This document shows positions 12,801 through 26,720 of a DNA stretch of 64,000 bases, in pieces. The notes below the pieces were generated by a model that saw only the letters and a list, made by a program, of their open reading frames with translations, was not told the origin of the DNA and searched no databases. The stretch spans positions 1 to 64,000 of the forward strand of contig MNCI01001480.1 of the NCBI GenBank assembly GCA_015680685.1, written 5' to 3'. Source of the DNA: Gnetum montanum (Eukaryota; Plantae; Gnetophyta). The position numbers and the translations under genes were made by a program. Position 1 is the stretch's first letter; each line of letters starts with the position of its first letter.

Positions 12801-14308
12801 CTATGAATTGGATCCTTGGCTAGGGGATCAAAGAGTATCTTCTACATAAAATTGAAAATAAGGATCAAGTTCCAAATGGAAAAAGAATAAAACATATAAA
12901 ACCTAAGTAAAAGAATTAAAAATATGCAAAAATAAAAATGCTGGAAAGGATCTTTAGGCTTCTCACTTTGGTTTTATGATATCAAAAAATGTAATAGTCC
13001 TTCTTCTAGCACCAAAAATGTTCCTATAAAAATGTTTTTTCACAAATCTGCAAAGACATGTTCATGAACCATACTTTTAAGTGTATGATTTATGGTTATA
13101 AATGATATAACCCTATATAAATTGATGATAATGAAAACAAAGGAGCACAAACCTCTAATCAAATATGGACTTATCTTATCAAATCATATTAGAATCAATA
13201 GGAATATAGATAAATAATTATAAACTTAGTGATGAATTTGATGTAATGCAAGTAATGTATGATATACATATAAAAAATATAAATGTACTTAGAATGAGTA
13301 AGAAATAAAAAAATGAATAATAGATGAGAGATTGATATGTGAGAAATTTTTTTTCTTTGTAATAAATGAAATTCATTTATAGATAATACTTACCTTCTAT
13401 ATCTTAGCTTCGAGTTCATTTTTAGCAAATTAAAGTGTATGCTAGGTTTAAGTAATACTGATGTTGCAAGAAGGTGATACAATGATGTTGACGCTATGTC
13501 AGTATTACTTATAGCTATCAAAGTTAATGTCCTACACTTTAAATTGTGAATATGAAACTTTAGGATCACTATCAATGTCCAAACTAATGTCAATGAATCC
13601 TAGGGGTTACATAGAGCTGAAAAACACTATTTAGACTCAAGTTCTTATATTATGATATTTAGTTGATACTAGCATTTGATTTTGAGGCTACATGAGCATC
13701 ATAAGATGAAAATATGCTACTCTATATCTTTTGGGATCCTTAGAATTAACAAAATTGATGTCCATAATCTTGAGGATGCTATAGATTGTTTGTGTGAGGT
13801 TTGATAGAGGAAAATATGAGCTTGGAAAATAAATTTTAGGTATTGAAAATGGAAGTGATGCTAATGTTGTATTAGCATCACCTAATGCCAAATTGATGGA
13901 ACTTATTATTTTGGACCTTCACATGATATTAAAACTAATAGTTGTCATCTCAAGGTAATGTGGACTAGCCATAAAAGGTATGGTGGGGCATCAAAAATGG
14001 TCTAGAGGTGAGGTTAATGGTAAGTAAAGGTAGATGATATTGGAGAAGTAACGCCAATGTTACATTAGCATCACCTAACACTACCTATTAAAGATACCCC
14101 ATTTTAATCTTTCAAAATTTTTTGAAAGTAATTATATTAATGTTTATCCTTTGGGGTATAATCAAGGTTAATTACTGAGAGCCTTTAGAAGCTTGAATTT
14201 CTTCTGGTAATGGCATGTGAAGGGACATTTTGATGGTCCAAGTGAATGTAACAATGTTGAAGTCACACTTGTCCTAGTTGCTAAGGTACTAAAAAAGTGG
14301 ATAAAACA

Positions 14309-17300
14309 ATTGGGCTATCCCATAATCTTTATCAAACATAATTAAGGATGTCGGTCCAAAGCATTTGCTTCTTTTTCTCTTCTTGGCTCATAGTAAAATT
14401 GAATGTCAAATTCTTTTAACAAACTCAACCATCAAGCTTTATTTGCTTCAACTTTAACTTAGATTGAATGAAAAGGTAGCTCATGATAGTATTGTCTATT
14501 TTGACTACCATAGGATCACCCAAGAAAGAGTGTTACCATGTGTAAAGAAAATGTACAATAACAAATGTCTCCTTTTCATGAACTAACCATACTATTCTCT
14601 TAGGTTTATCATATTTGAATCAAATGCAATTACATGATTCTCTTGTAAAGTGTCTCCTTTAATTACCTCATTTTAAGTGTCTATGTAACTTTGAATTTCT
14701 TTGAAAAGTTTAGAAGGGCCAACATAGGTTGATGTGTAAGGACTATCTAGATCTTATCAAAAGTTTCTTTGCACTTATCACTTCATACCTAAGGGATATC
14801 TTTATTTTGTAAATTTTTCAAGGGTTTCATTACATTAGAGAACCCATGAACATACTTCCTAAAAGAACTAGCCAACCCTAGAAATTAATGTAAGTCGTGC
14901 ATGTCTTTTGGAATAGGCCATGTGGCAATGGGATCCATATTCTTTGAATCTAGCTTCACCCTATCTTCACCAATGATGTGGCCTAAGAATTTCAATGTTA
15001 TCTTCTCAAATTCACACTTCTCCTACTTGACATACTACTTGTGCTATCAAAATTTGGAGAACACCAAGTCCAAGTGCTAACGATGTTCTTCCATACAATG
15101 AGAATATAGAAGAATGTTATTAAAATATACGATCATGAACTTGTTAAGGTATAGGTAGACTACCTCATTCATAAGTGTGAAAAATATGGTACAAATATTA
15201 CACAACCTAAAAGACATGACTATCCATTTTTATGAGTCATAACGAGTAACATAAGGTATCTTCTCTTCATTGCATTTCGCAATCCACACTTAATAGTAAC
15301 CTTGACAAAGGTCAACTAGAGAGAAAACTTGAGTTCCTACTAGCTAGTTGAATAGGTTTGAAACTAAAGATACTAGATATATATTCTTAATGATGTACTT
15401 ATTGAAGAGTTTAAAATTATGACATAGTCTTAATGTGACATCATACTTTTTAGCAAATACTAGGGCTTTATATGAAGATTTCGAGAGTTAAATGTTATCC
15501 TTTTTAACCAAACTCATTAATTTTTTTAACTCTTTGAATTCAAGGAAACTCATTCAATAATATCATTTCCTATGAGGGGCAACTCCATTTTCATAAAATC
15601 ATTCTCTCCTTAGAATTCTCTCTATTTTCTTAGTCACTTGAGTAGAACCATTCTCTTCCATCTCTTTCAAGATTGCTAAAAATATTTGTTGGATTGAATT
15701 TTGAGTAACCTTCTTCATCACCATTGAAGAGAAAATTTAGATCTTATGAGAGTACTAGTCACTCCTAGCATAGAGGTCTTTATTGCATAGGCTTATTTCT
15801 CATGTAAAATATAAATAATGTCAATATATGGGGCAACTAGAACCTTTTCCTTCTTAAAGAAACCTTTTCTAAGGATGGCTTGGAAAGATTCAATGTTCAA
15901 AAATGAAAAACCTAGCTACCCATTCCACTAGTCCATCTTTACCTCCACATATTTTATCACTCATACATTTGATCTTGTAAAAAATTAGCTAACTTACAGG
16001 ATGCCAAGGTAGGTTTCAATTACAAATTGAGAGTGCAAGTAATTTTTGGTAAAAGAAAGTAATGACTAACACTTATGTCAACCAAGGCATGTACTATATT
16101 TAATGAAAACTACATTGGAACCATTTGTGCAAAACATATAAGTTGGTTTCTTACTTTGACTATTCTCTTTGAACATTCTATTAAATTACCATTAAAATTT
16201 GAGAAATCTATTTCATCATGCTAGTCTCAATTTTCTATTTGTCTTTAATCATCTCAATTACCTATAGTTGAGCATATGGCTAGTACTCAAGAGCAGTTAA
16301 TCATTGATTATTATTTGGACCCCTTCTAGCTAGTCATCAATTAGGATTATGAGGTTAATTGTAAGTAGTAGATAAAGCATGTTAAACTAGGTATCTTGGA
16401 AAATTATGCATGATCCTTGAAGGTGTTGACATTAGTCCCTAAACTGGTTAAGAACTTTAAGAGTCCAACGCTTTTCAGTATACTAGTAAGAAGCTTGAAA
16501 ACTCATGGTGACAATATGATCTAAACCTTGAAAGCCATAATTGAAGTTTGTTTCTCTAGGCCCATCAAATCTACCACAAATCGTTTTTCCATTTTAGGAT
16601 GTATCTACATAAATATTTTCTTAGTTTTGGATATTATAAGTAGTCGCCAAGCTAGTAGCCAACTTATGTGCCTTCTTGTATATGGTGGTCTTATAGCTTT
16701 TGATCTCTTTTTGGGCCCAAGGTCCTAGTCCATTAAAAAAAGTGAACTTAGTCCCATCATACATCATGAGAATTTTTAACATCACCTTAAGATACTAGAG
16801 GTAATTCTCTAGCTTCCTGGTTTATTAGATTTTGTTCAACTTAATATAAGATTTATCAATTAAAATGCCTGGGGTAAAAGTTCTTGATCAATAGAATTTT
16901 AAATTGTTTCCATTTCTCTATGAGCTTGTGAGATTTTCTAGACCTCATCTCTTGAATGATGTTGAGACACTAAGTTTGAGCAACTCATCCTAGAAATTAC
17001 AAATAAATACTAAATCTTAACTTCTTAGGATATTTCTTCATCTTTAAGAATCACTCCATGTTAAATAGAAAGATATTTATAAGCCTATCATCTTGAACTT
17101 GTTTATAAGATTTTGATTATTTAGCCTAAAATTTGGGTGTGAACCATCCAAAATAAAATGTGAACGCTTGTTCTTGTACAACTAACTGATTTTGAAGTTT
17201 TTCACTTCATACATTTTTTATCTCTAGAGTTATCAACCTTTATAAGTTGTTTCTCATAGAGACTTAGACATCATAAAAAACATCTTCCATCCAGTTCACA

Positions 17301-17680
17301 TAGTTTTATATGATAAAAATTTGAGTAATAGAGATATTGTAATTGATAAATAAATTTAGCTTCCACAAGTATAATACATATAGTTTCTTCATAATATCAT
17401 GGATCATTTTCATTTGTTTAGCAATAAGCATGCAGCTAGGAATTACATTGCTAACTTTTAATAGCTAGTTCTATAGCTTTTGCATCTTTTCAAGAGGATT
17501 ATTATCATTCCTCTTGAAAGGTACCTCCTCATTATCATTTAGGTATTCATGTATAAACATATCATTATGCACTTCATCATGCACATGTTCTTTCATATCA
17601 TCATTTCCGACTAAATCATTCAAAGGATTGGAACTAGGAGAAACATTACTCTCTTTACTCTTCTTCTTATGTGACATGGT
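14309..17680 (-). pseudogene. Element A gag-protease-RT-RNase H remnant
   Basis: gag ..NGLGPWAQKEIK (~16700). RT YLNKFMIVYFNNILLYS..EEHR*HL..YVK*EKCEF..LKFLGHII at 15150-14970 (YLDD-type motif decayed to YFNN). RNase H and YEP..ANALDRHP at 14560-14340. Many stops. Confidence 0.9.
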
Positions 17681-17753
17681 AGTACATGAATCATAAGAAG
17701 TAATTTATGTTCATGAATCAAAAAACTCCGATAGCCTTAAATTAAAAACCATG

Positions 17754-17765
17754 ACTCTAATTCCA
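17754..17765 (-). promoter_or_regulatory. PBS of element A (tRNA-iMet type, decayed)
   Basis: Minus strand TGGAATTAGAGT vs canonical TGGTATCAGAGC, 2 nt after the LTR end (..ACA at 17768). Confidence 0.7.
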
Positions 17766-17767
17766 AG

Positions 17768-18774
17768 TGTTATGGTAATACCCTTAAAGTGCACCACATA
17801 GCATCACTTAATAATCATGAATCAGTAATGAAAGGAGGTTAGATTCAAGGTGAACTATGCCTTAATGATCATAACATCTACAAGCATAACATAAGTGCGC
17901 ATAACTTGTTAGTCTAAAGGTTAGAGGCATAGTAAGCATGCCTCATATAATCATACATGTGAGAGGATTGATGAGACACACACATAAGTATGACCAATGA
18001 AAGAATACTAATACACATACATCATATTGTTCCCTTAAGAGGGCTAAGAGATGATCCTACTCTAATGCGTGTAATCCTAAGCCTTGCTTTGTAGAAAAGG
18101 ATAATGATTTGAGCTCAAAAGTTAAAGCTTCACCAACAAGCCTACATATCCTTGTAACAAGATTTACAAAGAAATTAATACCATATAAATCTTTTGTGAT
18201 GGTCATGATAGCATAATACCTATAAAAATTTTCACACTTTTTTGGCCTCCATTCTAGAGGGAAACAACCATTGATTTGCTAACAATGCATGTTTTTTTAT
18301 ACATTTCCCTACTTGAAAGAGCTAACGTCCTTAGAGATTAAGTCTTTACTCATACACTTTTTCAAACGTGTAGAAAACATTGGATATTAAGGGTAATCAA
18401 ATAACAAAAAATTATTTTGATAGTTATAGATAATAAGGTCCAATGGCTAGGGTTATTTAAATATAAAGTAAGAATTTTCAAATAAACTTGACATCCAACA
18501 AATTCTTAGAAATGTTTGCATAACCTATGTTAAGAAATAAAGGGTTTTTCCTTTTTTCATACAAATTTATACAAACCTCTTTGCTTAAAGTAAAATCTAC
18601 TCACTTGATATATGAGTTGGTCCTCTACCTCTAATAGTGATATGAGAGTGTAGATTTGATCCTCTATGACTAAGGGGAGACTACATTAGACCTTGAGGAA
18701 ACTACTTTCCATGCCTAATCGAGTCTAACACTAGTGTATGTACATATCATTGGGACTTTAGCTTCATTGTGACA
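17768..18774 (-). repeat. A-family LTR shared by two tandem copies
   Basis: TGTCAC...ACA termini on the minus strand, purine-rich tract before it (18775-18791) and PBS after it. The 3' part aligns with 20690-20876 in inverted orientation. Confidence 0.7.
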
Positions 18775-20620
18775 TTACCCAACTCTTAATTGAAGGGAAA
18801 GTGATACTAATTTTTCATCCCTTAGAAATGATCCAACTTGAACCCACTTATTGGCATCCAACCTATCATAAATTTATTAGTTTTTATATTTAAGGTAATA
18901 CTATAACTCCCAAAAATTATAACTCCCATTGGAAGATGATAGTACTAGGTCACCCATCCCCATACATTCAAAAAGGTAGATCAATGTGCTTCTTTATGCA
19001 CAAGTTAATAATGAATAGTTGCTTGTTTATGAGAGTATGACACTCCTCCCAAGTATCCTCCTATGAGGATGTCTCGTTTTAGTGTACCAAAAATTCCATC
19101 TTTTAATCAAGAGAAAAATGAGTTGTATGCATATTTATGTTAGAATGAATCTATTATTATCTTATATCTTTAATGTTTGGAGGTCCTTGAGATCTCAATG
19201 TTTCTAGGTCAACATCTCCTAAGTTGAAATTTTTCAACATAGAAACATGAAACATAAGATGATATTTTATCAAATATGCTAGCAACTCAAGCTTTTATGC
19301 AATTAGGTTCACATGAGAAAGTGCATTGAAAAGTTCATCATAGTGCCTTAAGAACTTTTGACTTACCTCCTTCTTTAGCCTCATATATCCTTCACAATAC
19401 TCAAAAGAGCCTACTCTAACATTAAAATCAAATGGTCTTTGCTTACTATTAGAATTTTAGAAGTATAGCATAGCTACCTAGATACAATCCATGTAGGAGT
19501 TCACAAACTTATTAGCTAAAGAATTGAGATACGAATTTGAGGTTTTTAGTAGTTTAGATACTAATGGTTCCCTCCTCAAGGCCAACTCTACTAGAGAGAA
19601 TCCTATGACCTTAGACTTCTAAGTGTTGTTATTAAACCAAATGAAGTGCCCCAAAACCATGTTAATATATTCTATCTATCCATTTGTTTAAGGATACCTT
19701 AAAGATATCCTTAAGTATGCACCCATTATTTCAAACAACTTATGCCAAAAATTCATTGTGAATTGGAAGTCTTGATATGACATAATACTTGTTGTCAGCC
19801 CAAAATAGTGGACCACATGGTCACAAAACGAAAGAATATCATATTATTTTTTTTGTAAGATATGGAACATGAAATGAAAATGACATAATCAGAAAACTTA
19901 TTCAAAACTATAGGAATTCTAGAAAATTTCTATATTATGAAGAGCTAGGTGATGAAATCCATAGAAAAATTACTCAATAAAGCTTTCAAATATTCAAGGC
20001 ATAAAGCAAAACACCTAGTCTCTTATTAGAATTGTTTTGTGGGAAAATCAGACAAGTCGACATAGAATTTGCCATATCAATCTTAGATTAGATTATTGGA
20101 AACTTCTTTCCATTAACACCATTGTTATTTTGTGCCTTGGATGACCTATGAATAAGGTGCTATGAGATTCATTAATGATTTGGAAACATAATATAACATT
20201 ATTTGGAACATAAATTTAATGTTGCTTGAACATAATCGAGCTTTCCACTTCCCTAAATTATGATCCATTTCCATGCTAGCTTCAATGAATCTTAAGTGCA
20301 CTAATCATTATGTAATCTATTCTTAATTTTCTTCTAGAGTTCATGATTGGCCATCACCCAAGAGCTATTGGGTAGATCCATAATCTCCATCAAACACAAC
20401 TGAAGATGTTGCTTGAAAACATCTACCACAATGTTGCTTTAAAACATCTACCACAACATTCTCTCTACTTCATTAATATACATATTGAATTTTAAACTTT
20501 TATAACAAACATAATCATAAAAATTGCTTCTACTTCAACTTGGATTAAGTGATAAGATTTTTGATGGTATATTTTCTATTTTTTGTACCATGGGATCATC
20601 CAAAATATAGTATTATCACC
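18775..20620 (-). pseudogene. Upstream A-family copy: RNase H end plus integrase remnant
   Basis: IYVPNN..IINESHST..GHPRHK (~20220-20120), FSMDFIT*L (~19960), SIMSYQDFQFTMNFW..LFEIMG..YP*TNG*IEYIN (~19790-19660). 20530-20620 aligns with the RNase H at 14440-14540. Confidence 0.85.
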
Positions 20621-23600
20621 CAAAAGAGGTAAAGAATCTTTGTTCCACCGATAAGATGTGTCTTTTTGCACATTGGTCTTGTTGAGTATATGATTACTTA
20701 AGATGTACTTTCTACGTATCTAACCTTTGAACTAATAAATTATGTGCACTTATGTTATGCTTGTAGGTTTTGTGATCATTAAGATATAATCCACATTAAG
20801 TTCATCCTTCTTACATTGCTAATTTAGGACTCTTGCATGATGTTTTTTGATACTTTTTAAGGATGACATTGTAGCAATTGATAACAAAGCTAGGATTTTT
20901 GATTTAAGAATAATGTTGGTTTTTGAGTTGTAAATGTGATTCGCTACTCGTTATTTTTATTTTATCATGACATACAAGAAGAAGAGTAAATGGATTTGAA
21001 TTTTTAGTAATGCATATCTTGGTCACAATTCTTTTAATAGGCTAGTTGGGAAGGATAACATGGAAGAACATTTGTATGATAAAGTACATGAGAAGATGCT
21101 CAAATGTGAATATCTAAATGGAAATGAGGAGGTACCTTCCTAAGAGGAATGATGATGATCCTCTTTAAAAGGTATAATAGCTATGAAGCTTTCTATTAAA
21201 GGTTAATAACATAATTTTTAACTACTTAATAATTGTTTAATAGATGAAAATGATTCATATATTGTAGATAAAATGGATGTGCCATAATTGTAGGAGGTAA
21301 ATTTAGATGTTAAATACATGATAATCATGAATCAAAATTTTATGCTATAGAATAATGTGGAGGAAATGAGGGATTTTTTTGATGACATCCAACTCTTTTT
21401 GAGGGACATGTTACAAAGACTACTAATCCTAGAGGCTAAGACTAAGATGCTCATGGCTTGAAGTAAGAAACTTAAGGACTAGTTAGTTGTACAAGAAAAA
21501 GTAGTTACATTTGATTTTGGATACACCCAGATTTTAACTAAAGATTCCAAAACTTATAAAGAAGATTAAGATGACAAGCCAATATATGTTTTCCTCTTTG
21601 AAATGGAGTGGTTTATAAAGATGAATGAGTATTCTATGTAGTCCAAATTTAGTATAATTTCCCAATTTCTAGGGAGAGTTTCTCAAAGTTAGTGGCTTCA
21701 CATCCTCTAGAAGATAACATTTATGATTGCTCAAAGAATATTAGAGACATTGAAACAATTTGAAATTTCCTTAATTAAGAACTTTTTCCTAGGTATTTCC
21801 ATTAAAAAAGCTTGGATAAAGTTGAAAGAACTTCAGTAGACCCAGAAAATAGAGGATATCGTTAAAGAGTACTAGGAGTTAGTCTTATAAATTCTTGTTA
21901 TGAATGAAGAGATCAAGTTTTATCTCTTTTTCAATCACCTAAAATGTTTGGTCTAGCAGGAGAATAAAACTTGTAAGATGATGAAAAATAGGGAGTTTCT
22001 TGAATTAGCTATGAGATTTGTGATCAATTTTATGCTCACAAGTAAGAAAAAAACTTTGTAGATGCATATAAAAATAGTAAAAATTTTGATGGTGAATTTT
22101 AGAAGTCTAGAGGACTAAATTTTAATGATGGGTTTTGGGGTTCACATTCCATATTTACTCTTGATTCTCAATATTCTTACCAAGGTAATGAAAAGTATCT
22201 AGCTCTTATAGATCATAACAAGTTCAAGGTGAAGCACCTATACTTTGGAGGATTCATGATTAATCATCTAATTAATCATCTAAGATACACTTGCATAACA
22301 TGCTTCATCTACATAGGAAATTATATTTTTTGGAATTATGCTCAAAATCCCAATTGGTGACTAGCTGAAAGGGGTCCAAATGGTTACTAACAGTTAAATG
22401 CTCTTGAGTACTAGCCATGTGTTCAATTATTTGTAATCAAGGTGAATGAAAATGAATAAGAATTAAGATCCTTAGTGTGATGAAACAAATCTCATAAAGT
22501 TTACTAATAATTCAATAGAACATTTAAGGAGAGTAGCTGAAGTAAGAAATCCACTTATATTCAGTACAGATGGTTTTGATGCAATTTCCATCAAAAAAAG
22601 TGGATGCCTTACTTGATAAAAGTGTTAGTTATAACTTTGTTTCACTAGAAATTTCTTTCATATTTAATTTATGCATCAAACCTACTTAAAAATTCTCTAA
22701 GTTAGCCAAGTTCTACTTGATCAGATGCCTAGTAGTGGTAAAGAATATGGAGGTAAAGGTAGTCAAGTTGATGAGCAGTGAGGTACCCTTATGCTCAACC
22801 ATACAAATTACAAGCATTCACATGCAATCCAATCAAACTTCGTGGATGGGACTAGTTGTAGTATCTAGATCATATGCCTTAATCATAGTTTGTTGTCTTC
22901 CCACTTGGACTAGTGGTAGCTTTGTCATGAATGGTTTAGTCCAAAGTGAGGCATATGATGTAATTCCTAATTCTATGCTACTCTTAGTGTTGAAAAGATA
23001 TAAATTGATTAAATAATGAATATTGGAAATAAATTCTAAATTAGCCTAAGGCACTGGTATTTGCTCTTAATCATCCATACATGTCTTGGACTTCATGGAG
23101 CTACTTTTAGGTTTACCAAGTGTACATCACTAGTCATGCCAAATGATACACCTTTGGGTGACCAAGTATCTACACTTAAATGCTCATGATCAAGGTGTAC
23201 ACATTTTTCTTAACAACATGAACAATACATAACAATAAATAAAAATATTTAACTAAAGAAAGCATTAAATAATTAAAAAAAATATTAAGCTAAGTGGATA
23301 ATGCAATGATGGAAGTAATCAAAATCTTTATTTCCAGTCATGTAATGTGTTCAAGTACGTCACACTCGAATAAAAGTTGCATACGATTACAAACATCACA
23401 CTATAGGCATGCACTGGAAATAACAGACTTTAAAGAAAAGAAACTAAAAACTAAAAATTTCTAAGATATCTCATTTGGAAGCTCAAGTGTAGTAATTATA
23501 GGCAAGGTATGGATGAGATGACGTCAGGTATCCGATGTTGCTTATTAGCCTTGATGTCGGGTACACGACGTTAGGACTCCGACATTGTGTATCCAACATT

Positions 23601-23814
23601 GGTGCTTGTCAAATCACAACTCATCATACCCCCATGACTAAATGAAAACCTGTCCTAAAGTTAAACAAAAATGAGGAACACGTTCATTACAAATATTGGG
23701 TAGGTATGGGATTATTGATTGACTCAAACAGTGGATAAAATAAGTGACTCTTCACATGCCATAGTGTTCAGTTGAAGAATGTGACACATTATTACAAAAC
23801 AAGAAAAAAAAACA

Positions 23815-26558
23815 AGACTACAAAGCTGATGTAGTACTAGGAGGTGGTGGCTCCTCCATTGGTCAATTTCCTTTATCATTAGGGCATTGAAATTTTTAAT
23901 GGTTGAGAAAGGCCTACAATTTTTCATCCTCTATCCTTCGGTCATGCATCATTCATGCTGTTGTGCCAATGTGTGCTGGCACCAGTACATCCCAAGGACA
24001 TGGCAATCATACGAACATTTGATTTACCTTAACGTATCATGCTGCAAACTATTGTCATTCCTCCTCAAAGGCCCTAGATTTATCCCTTAGCTCATGATAG
24101 TTTGTTAATGTCCAAGCTAGGTTTAAGGCTACATCTTTCTATCCCTGGTAGCTAGCTTTGACCATCTCTAATTCTGAGTTTGACACTTGTAAATTTTATA
24201 AAGCATCCTTTCGATTTGCAAACTCCTTCTCATACAGTATGTAGGTGGTCACCACTTACTTCTCCAACTCACTTTGGGGATGACCTATTGTTAACATGGC
24301 AAGGTTGGCATATCTAAGGTTAGCCAAAACCATGTTTTCCCTCAAATCTTCTATTTGTAGGTCCTTATTCTTAACTTCTTCTTGTTGGACCATGGCATAA
24401 CTATCCCTAATGGCCTACCATTCAAAATTTTATGTTGCCAAGGAGCTAATGTGGGCCTTGGCCATCTTGATTTTTTCCTCATTAATTTCCTTATATAGGC
24501 CAACCTATTCTCAGAAGTGTTCTTTTAACTTCTCATGTTCCTTGGCCTTGTTCTATCAAATGTTGATCTTGATTATTGTCTTTTGACAAACATCACATAA
24601 CTCCTCCATAGAGAGGGTTCTATTTTCTTAGGCTAATTTACTCATATCTTGGTTGACCCTCATCAGTTGTTCCCTCAACTAGTGAACACTCTCTTCCAAG
24701 ATGTTCTTTTTCTTTTCCACTATGGTCAACTAGGCATTCTCTTTTAGCAAGCTACTTGATTTCTTCTTGAATAGTGATCAATTCCTTTTTATGTGCATGA
24801 GTTCACACATCTATAGTGAAGGCATTCTAGACCATAATTCTCTTTTCTTTCTCTGTAGCTACTCTCTTCTTTTCTAGCTTGATAAGCTCCTCTATTCAAA
24901 ATTGCTCTAGTTGGTCTAGTGTGATGAAACAAGTAGGATCCCATCATTCAGCGGGCAGGGTAGCCATCTCTTCTTGTGATCTTTGCACATCAGCTTTTGC
25001 ATGCTCTACCTTGACCTCAGCCATGATCAAATTCCCTTTTTTAGTGATGAGGTCTAATTGTGTCACAGTGGCATCACTAGGAATGTTGAACAAAGTGGTC
25101 ATCACTTGACCTGTCTGCAAAAAATGATCAAGTACATCCTCATGCAATGTAGGAGTCATTAAGGTCTCAACCAAAATTTTTGCATCTTTTTTCCTTTCCA
25201 GATCGATTGAAGACACAATAGGAACATTGAATGATTCTTTGATGTGATTAGTAATCACCTTTGCTATGCTTGTTACATCGTCATGTTGTAGCACCATGAC
25301 TATGGCACCTTCTCCTATTTCTAATGTGATTTGAAAGAATGTAGCATTCCCAAAGATCTAGCATGACCATTGGGATCCCTCTCTTCCTAACTGAATTGCG
25401 ATCTTCCCCCTTATTGGATCAGCTAATATGGTGGACCGTACAATGTCATCCATAACCTGGAAGAGATTGGCCTCATCCTTGCTCCCTTGGCTAATAGTCT
25501 TAGTGATTCTTTGTAGGTGGCTCATTGATGGTCTATAATCTTGTGGTAGTGATAATGGAGCTTGTGCTTGCAGGCACTGCTCAGGCTCTTGTTGCATTTT
25601 AGTTCTTGGATTTGCCTCCTTTTTAGCTTCTTGCTCCTCACTAGAATATTTTCTTGGTGCTGCGGTTTTGAGGATATCTACAAAATTGGTGTGCTAAGCC
25701 TTTCAAAGGATATCATTGGAACATCCTAAGATTCTCATGCACTTGCATAGCTTTCTGATTAGACAAGGAAATAGAAGTGTTGGTCTTCCTAATTTTGTTT
25801 CTTCAAACCATTTTTGGATCTCTATGAAATAGTACTAGGTTAATTGAAAATTTTTCTATTAAAATGGTGCTTCCCCTAGCTACATAAGTGGAAATGTGAT
25901 TGAGCCCTTTAGTGGAAAATATGTGTTATGTCCCAATCTTGAAGTAAGTTCTCTCTTCCAAGGTCATCTCATGGTATGATTTATCTTCTTTGCAATATGG
26001 CCACTTTAGCCACAATCTCTTCGTTTTGGGGTTAGATCTAGTGGATAGGTAAGCAACCTTAGCCCCTTCATTAGGTAGGTTGATATTTGTAGCTATATCT
26101 TTGACTGCATAAGATACATTCACTCCGTAGATATTCATAGTGGTACCCTCATCCTTATTGTGCTAAAATTGATAGACTTCCTGCATATATCATTCACCAT
26201 TATCCAATAGGATCAACCACAATGGAGACACTTTGAGTTGTGTCTGCACCACTTTTGGGGAAAATTCCATGAACAAACTGAAGTTCATTTCCATAATGAT
26301 TGAAGCCAATGTGGACTTTTTCAATGTGGTAAGGTAGTCAGGGGGAAACATATGACATTGTTCCTGTTTAGGAGTTGGTACTTCTATCGCCTCACCTTGG
26401 GCTGATTGCCCAGTAGCAGGGGCCTCATGATGGACATTGAAATATTGGGCCTCCTATTCAGCATGTTCTACTTGTTCTCCTTACTAGCCATGGCCACCAT
26501 GTGGATGCTTAGTGGCTTTCTATGAGGGTTCACCTTGACAACCTCTTTTTGGGGCCAT
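23815..26558 (-). pseudogene. Element B ORF2 (Athila env-like / plant transposon protein-like domain plus long coiled coil)
   Basis: MAPKRG start, EVYQF*HNKDEGTTMNIYGVNVSY..INLP, FPCLIRKLC (~25770), heptad-rich C-terminal half ending PMEEPPPP. Collinear with 55792-53003. Confidence 0.8.
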
Positions 26559-26720
26559 TTGCAATTAAGTGAAAACCAAGTGTTACCAAGGTCATGTTTA
26601 TTATCGTTAATCAATTCATACCTTACTCATAACCTTAGTTCATTAAGCTCATTATGCATCTGATTGCAGGGTTAGGAAAATTTTCAAGAAAAAATTCCCC
26701 CAAAAAGTGTCTATCTCTTT

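Larger units (their letters stand above)
2008..14308 (-). mobile_element. Element E: Tat/Ogre-like Ty3 element with gag and protease; no RT/INT seen
   Basis: Homologous LTRs 2008-~7270 (interrupted by F) and 13019-14308. PBS TGGTGCTAGAAGAAGG at ~13014-12999, PPT-like AAAAGAGAATA at ~7271-7282. TSD ATTTG (2003-2007) / ATTGG (14309-14313). Host A coding sequence is continuous across the site. Confidence 0.8.
1740..18774 (-). mobile_element. Element A: degenerate Ty3/gypsy chromovirus-type LTR retrotransposon (gag-PR-RT-RH-INT), interrupted by element E at 2008-14308; 3' end truncated
   Basis: LTR 17768-18774, tRNA-Met-type PBS remnant, gag/PR/RT/RH at 17680-14309. The RH-INT linker and integrase HH region resume at 2007-1740 (DGLLIYKQDQIYVP...LIDECHNT.*VGH..HKKTMVLVQ). 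Confidence 0.85.
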
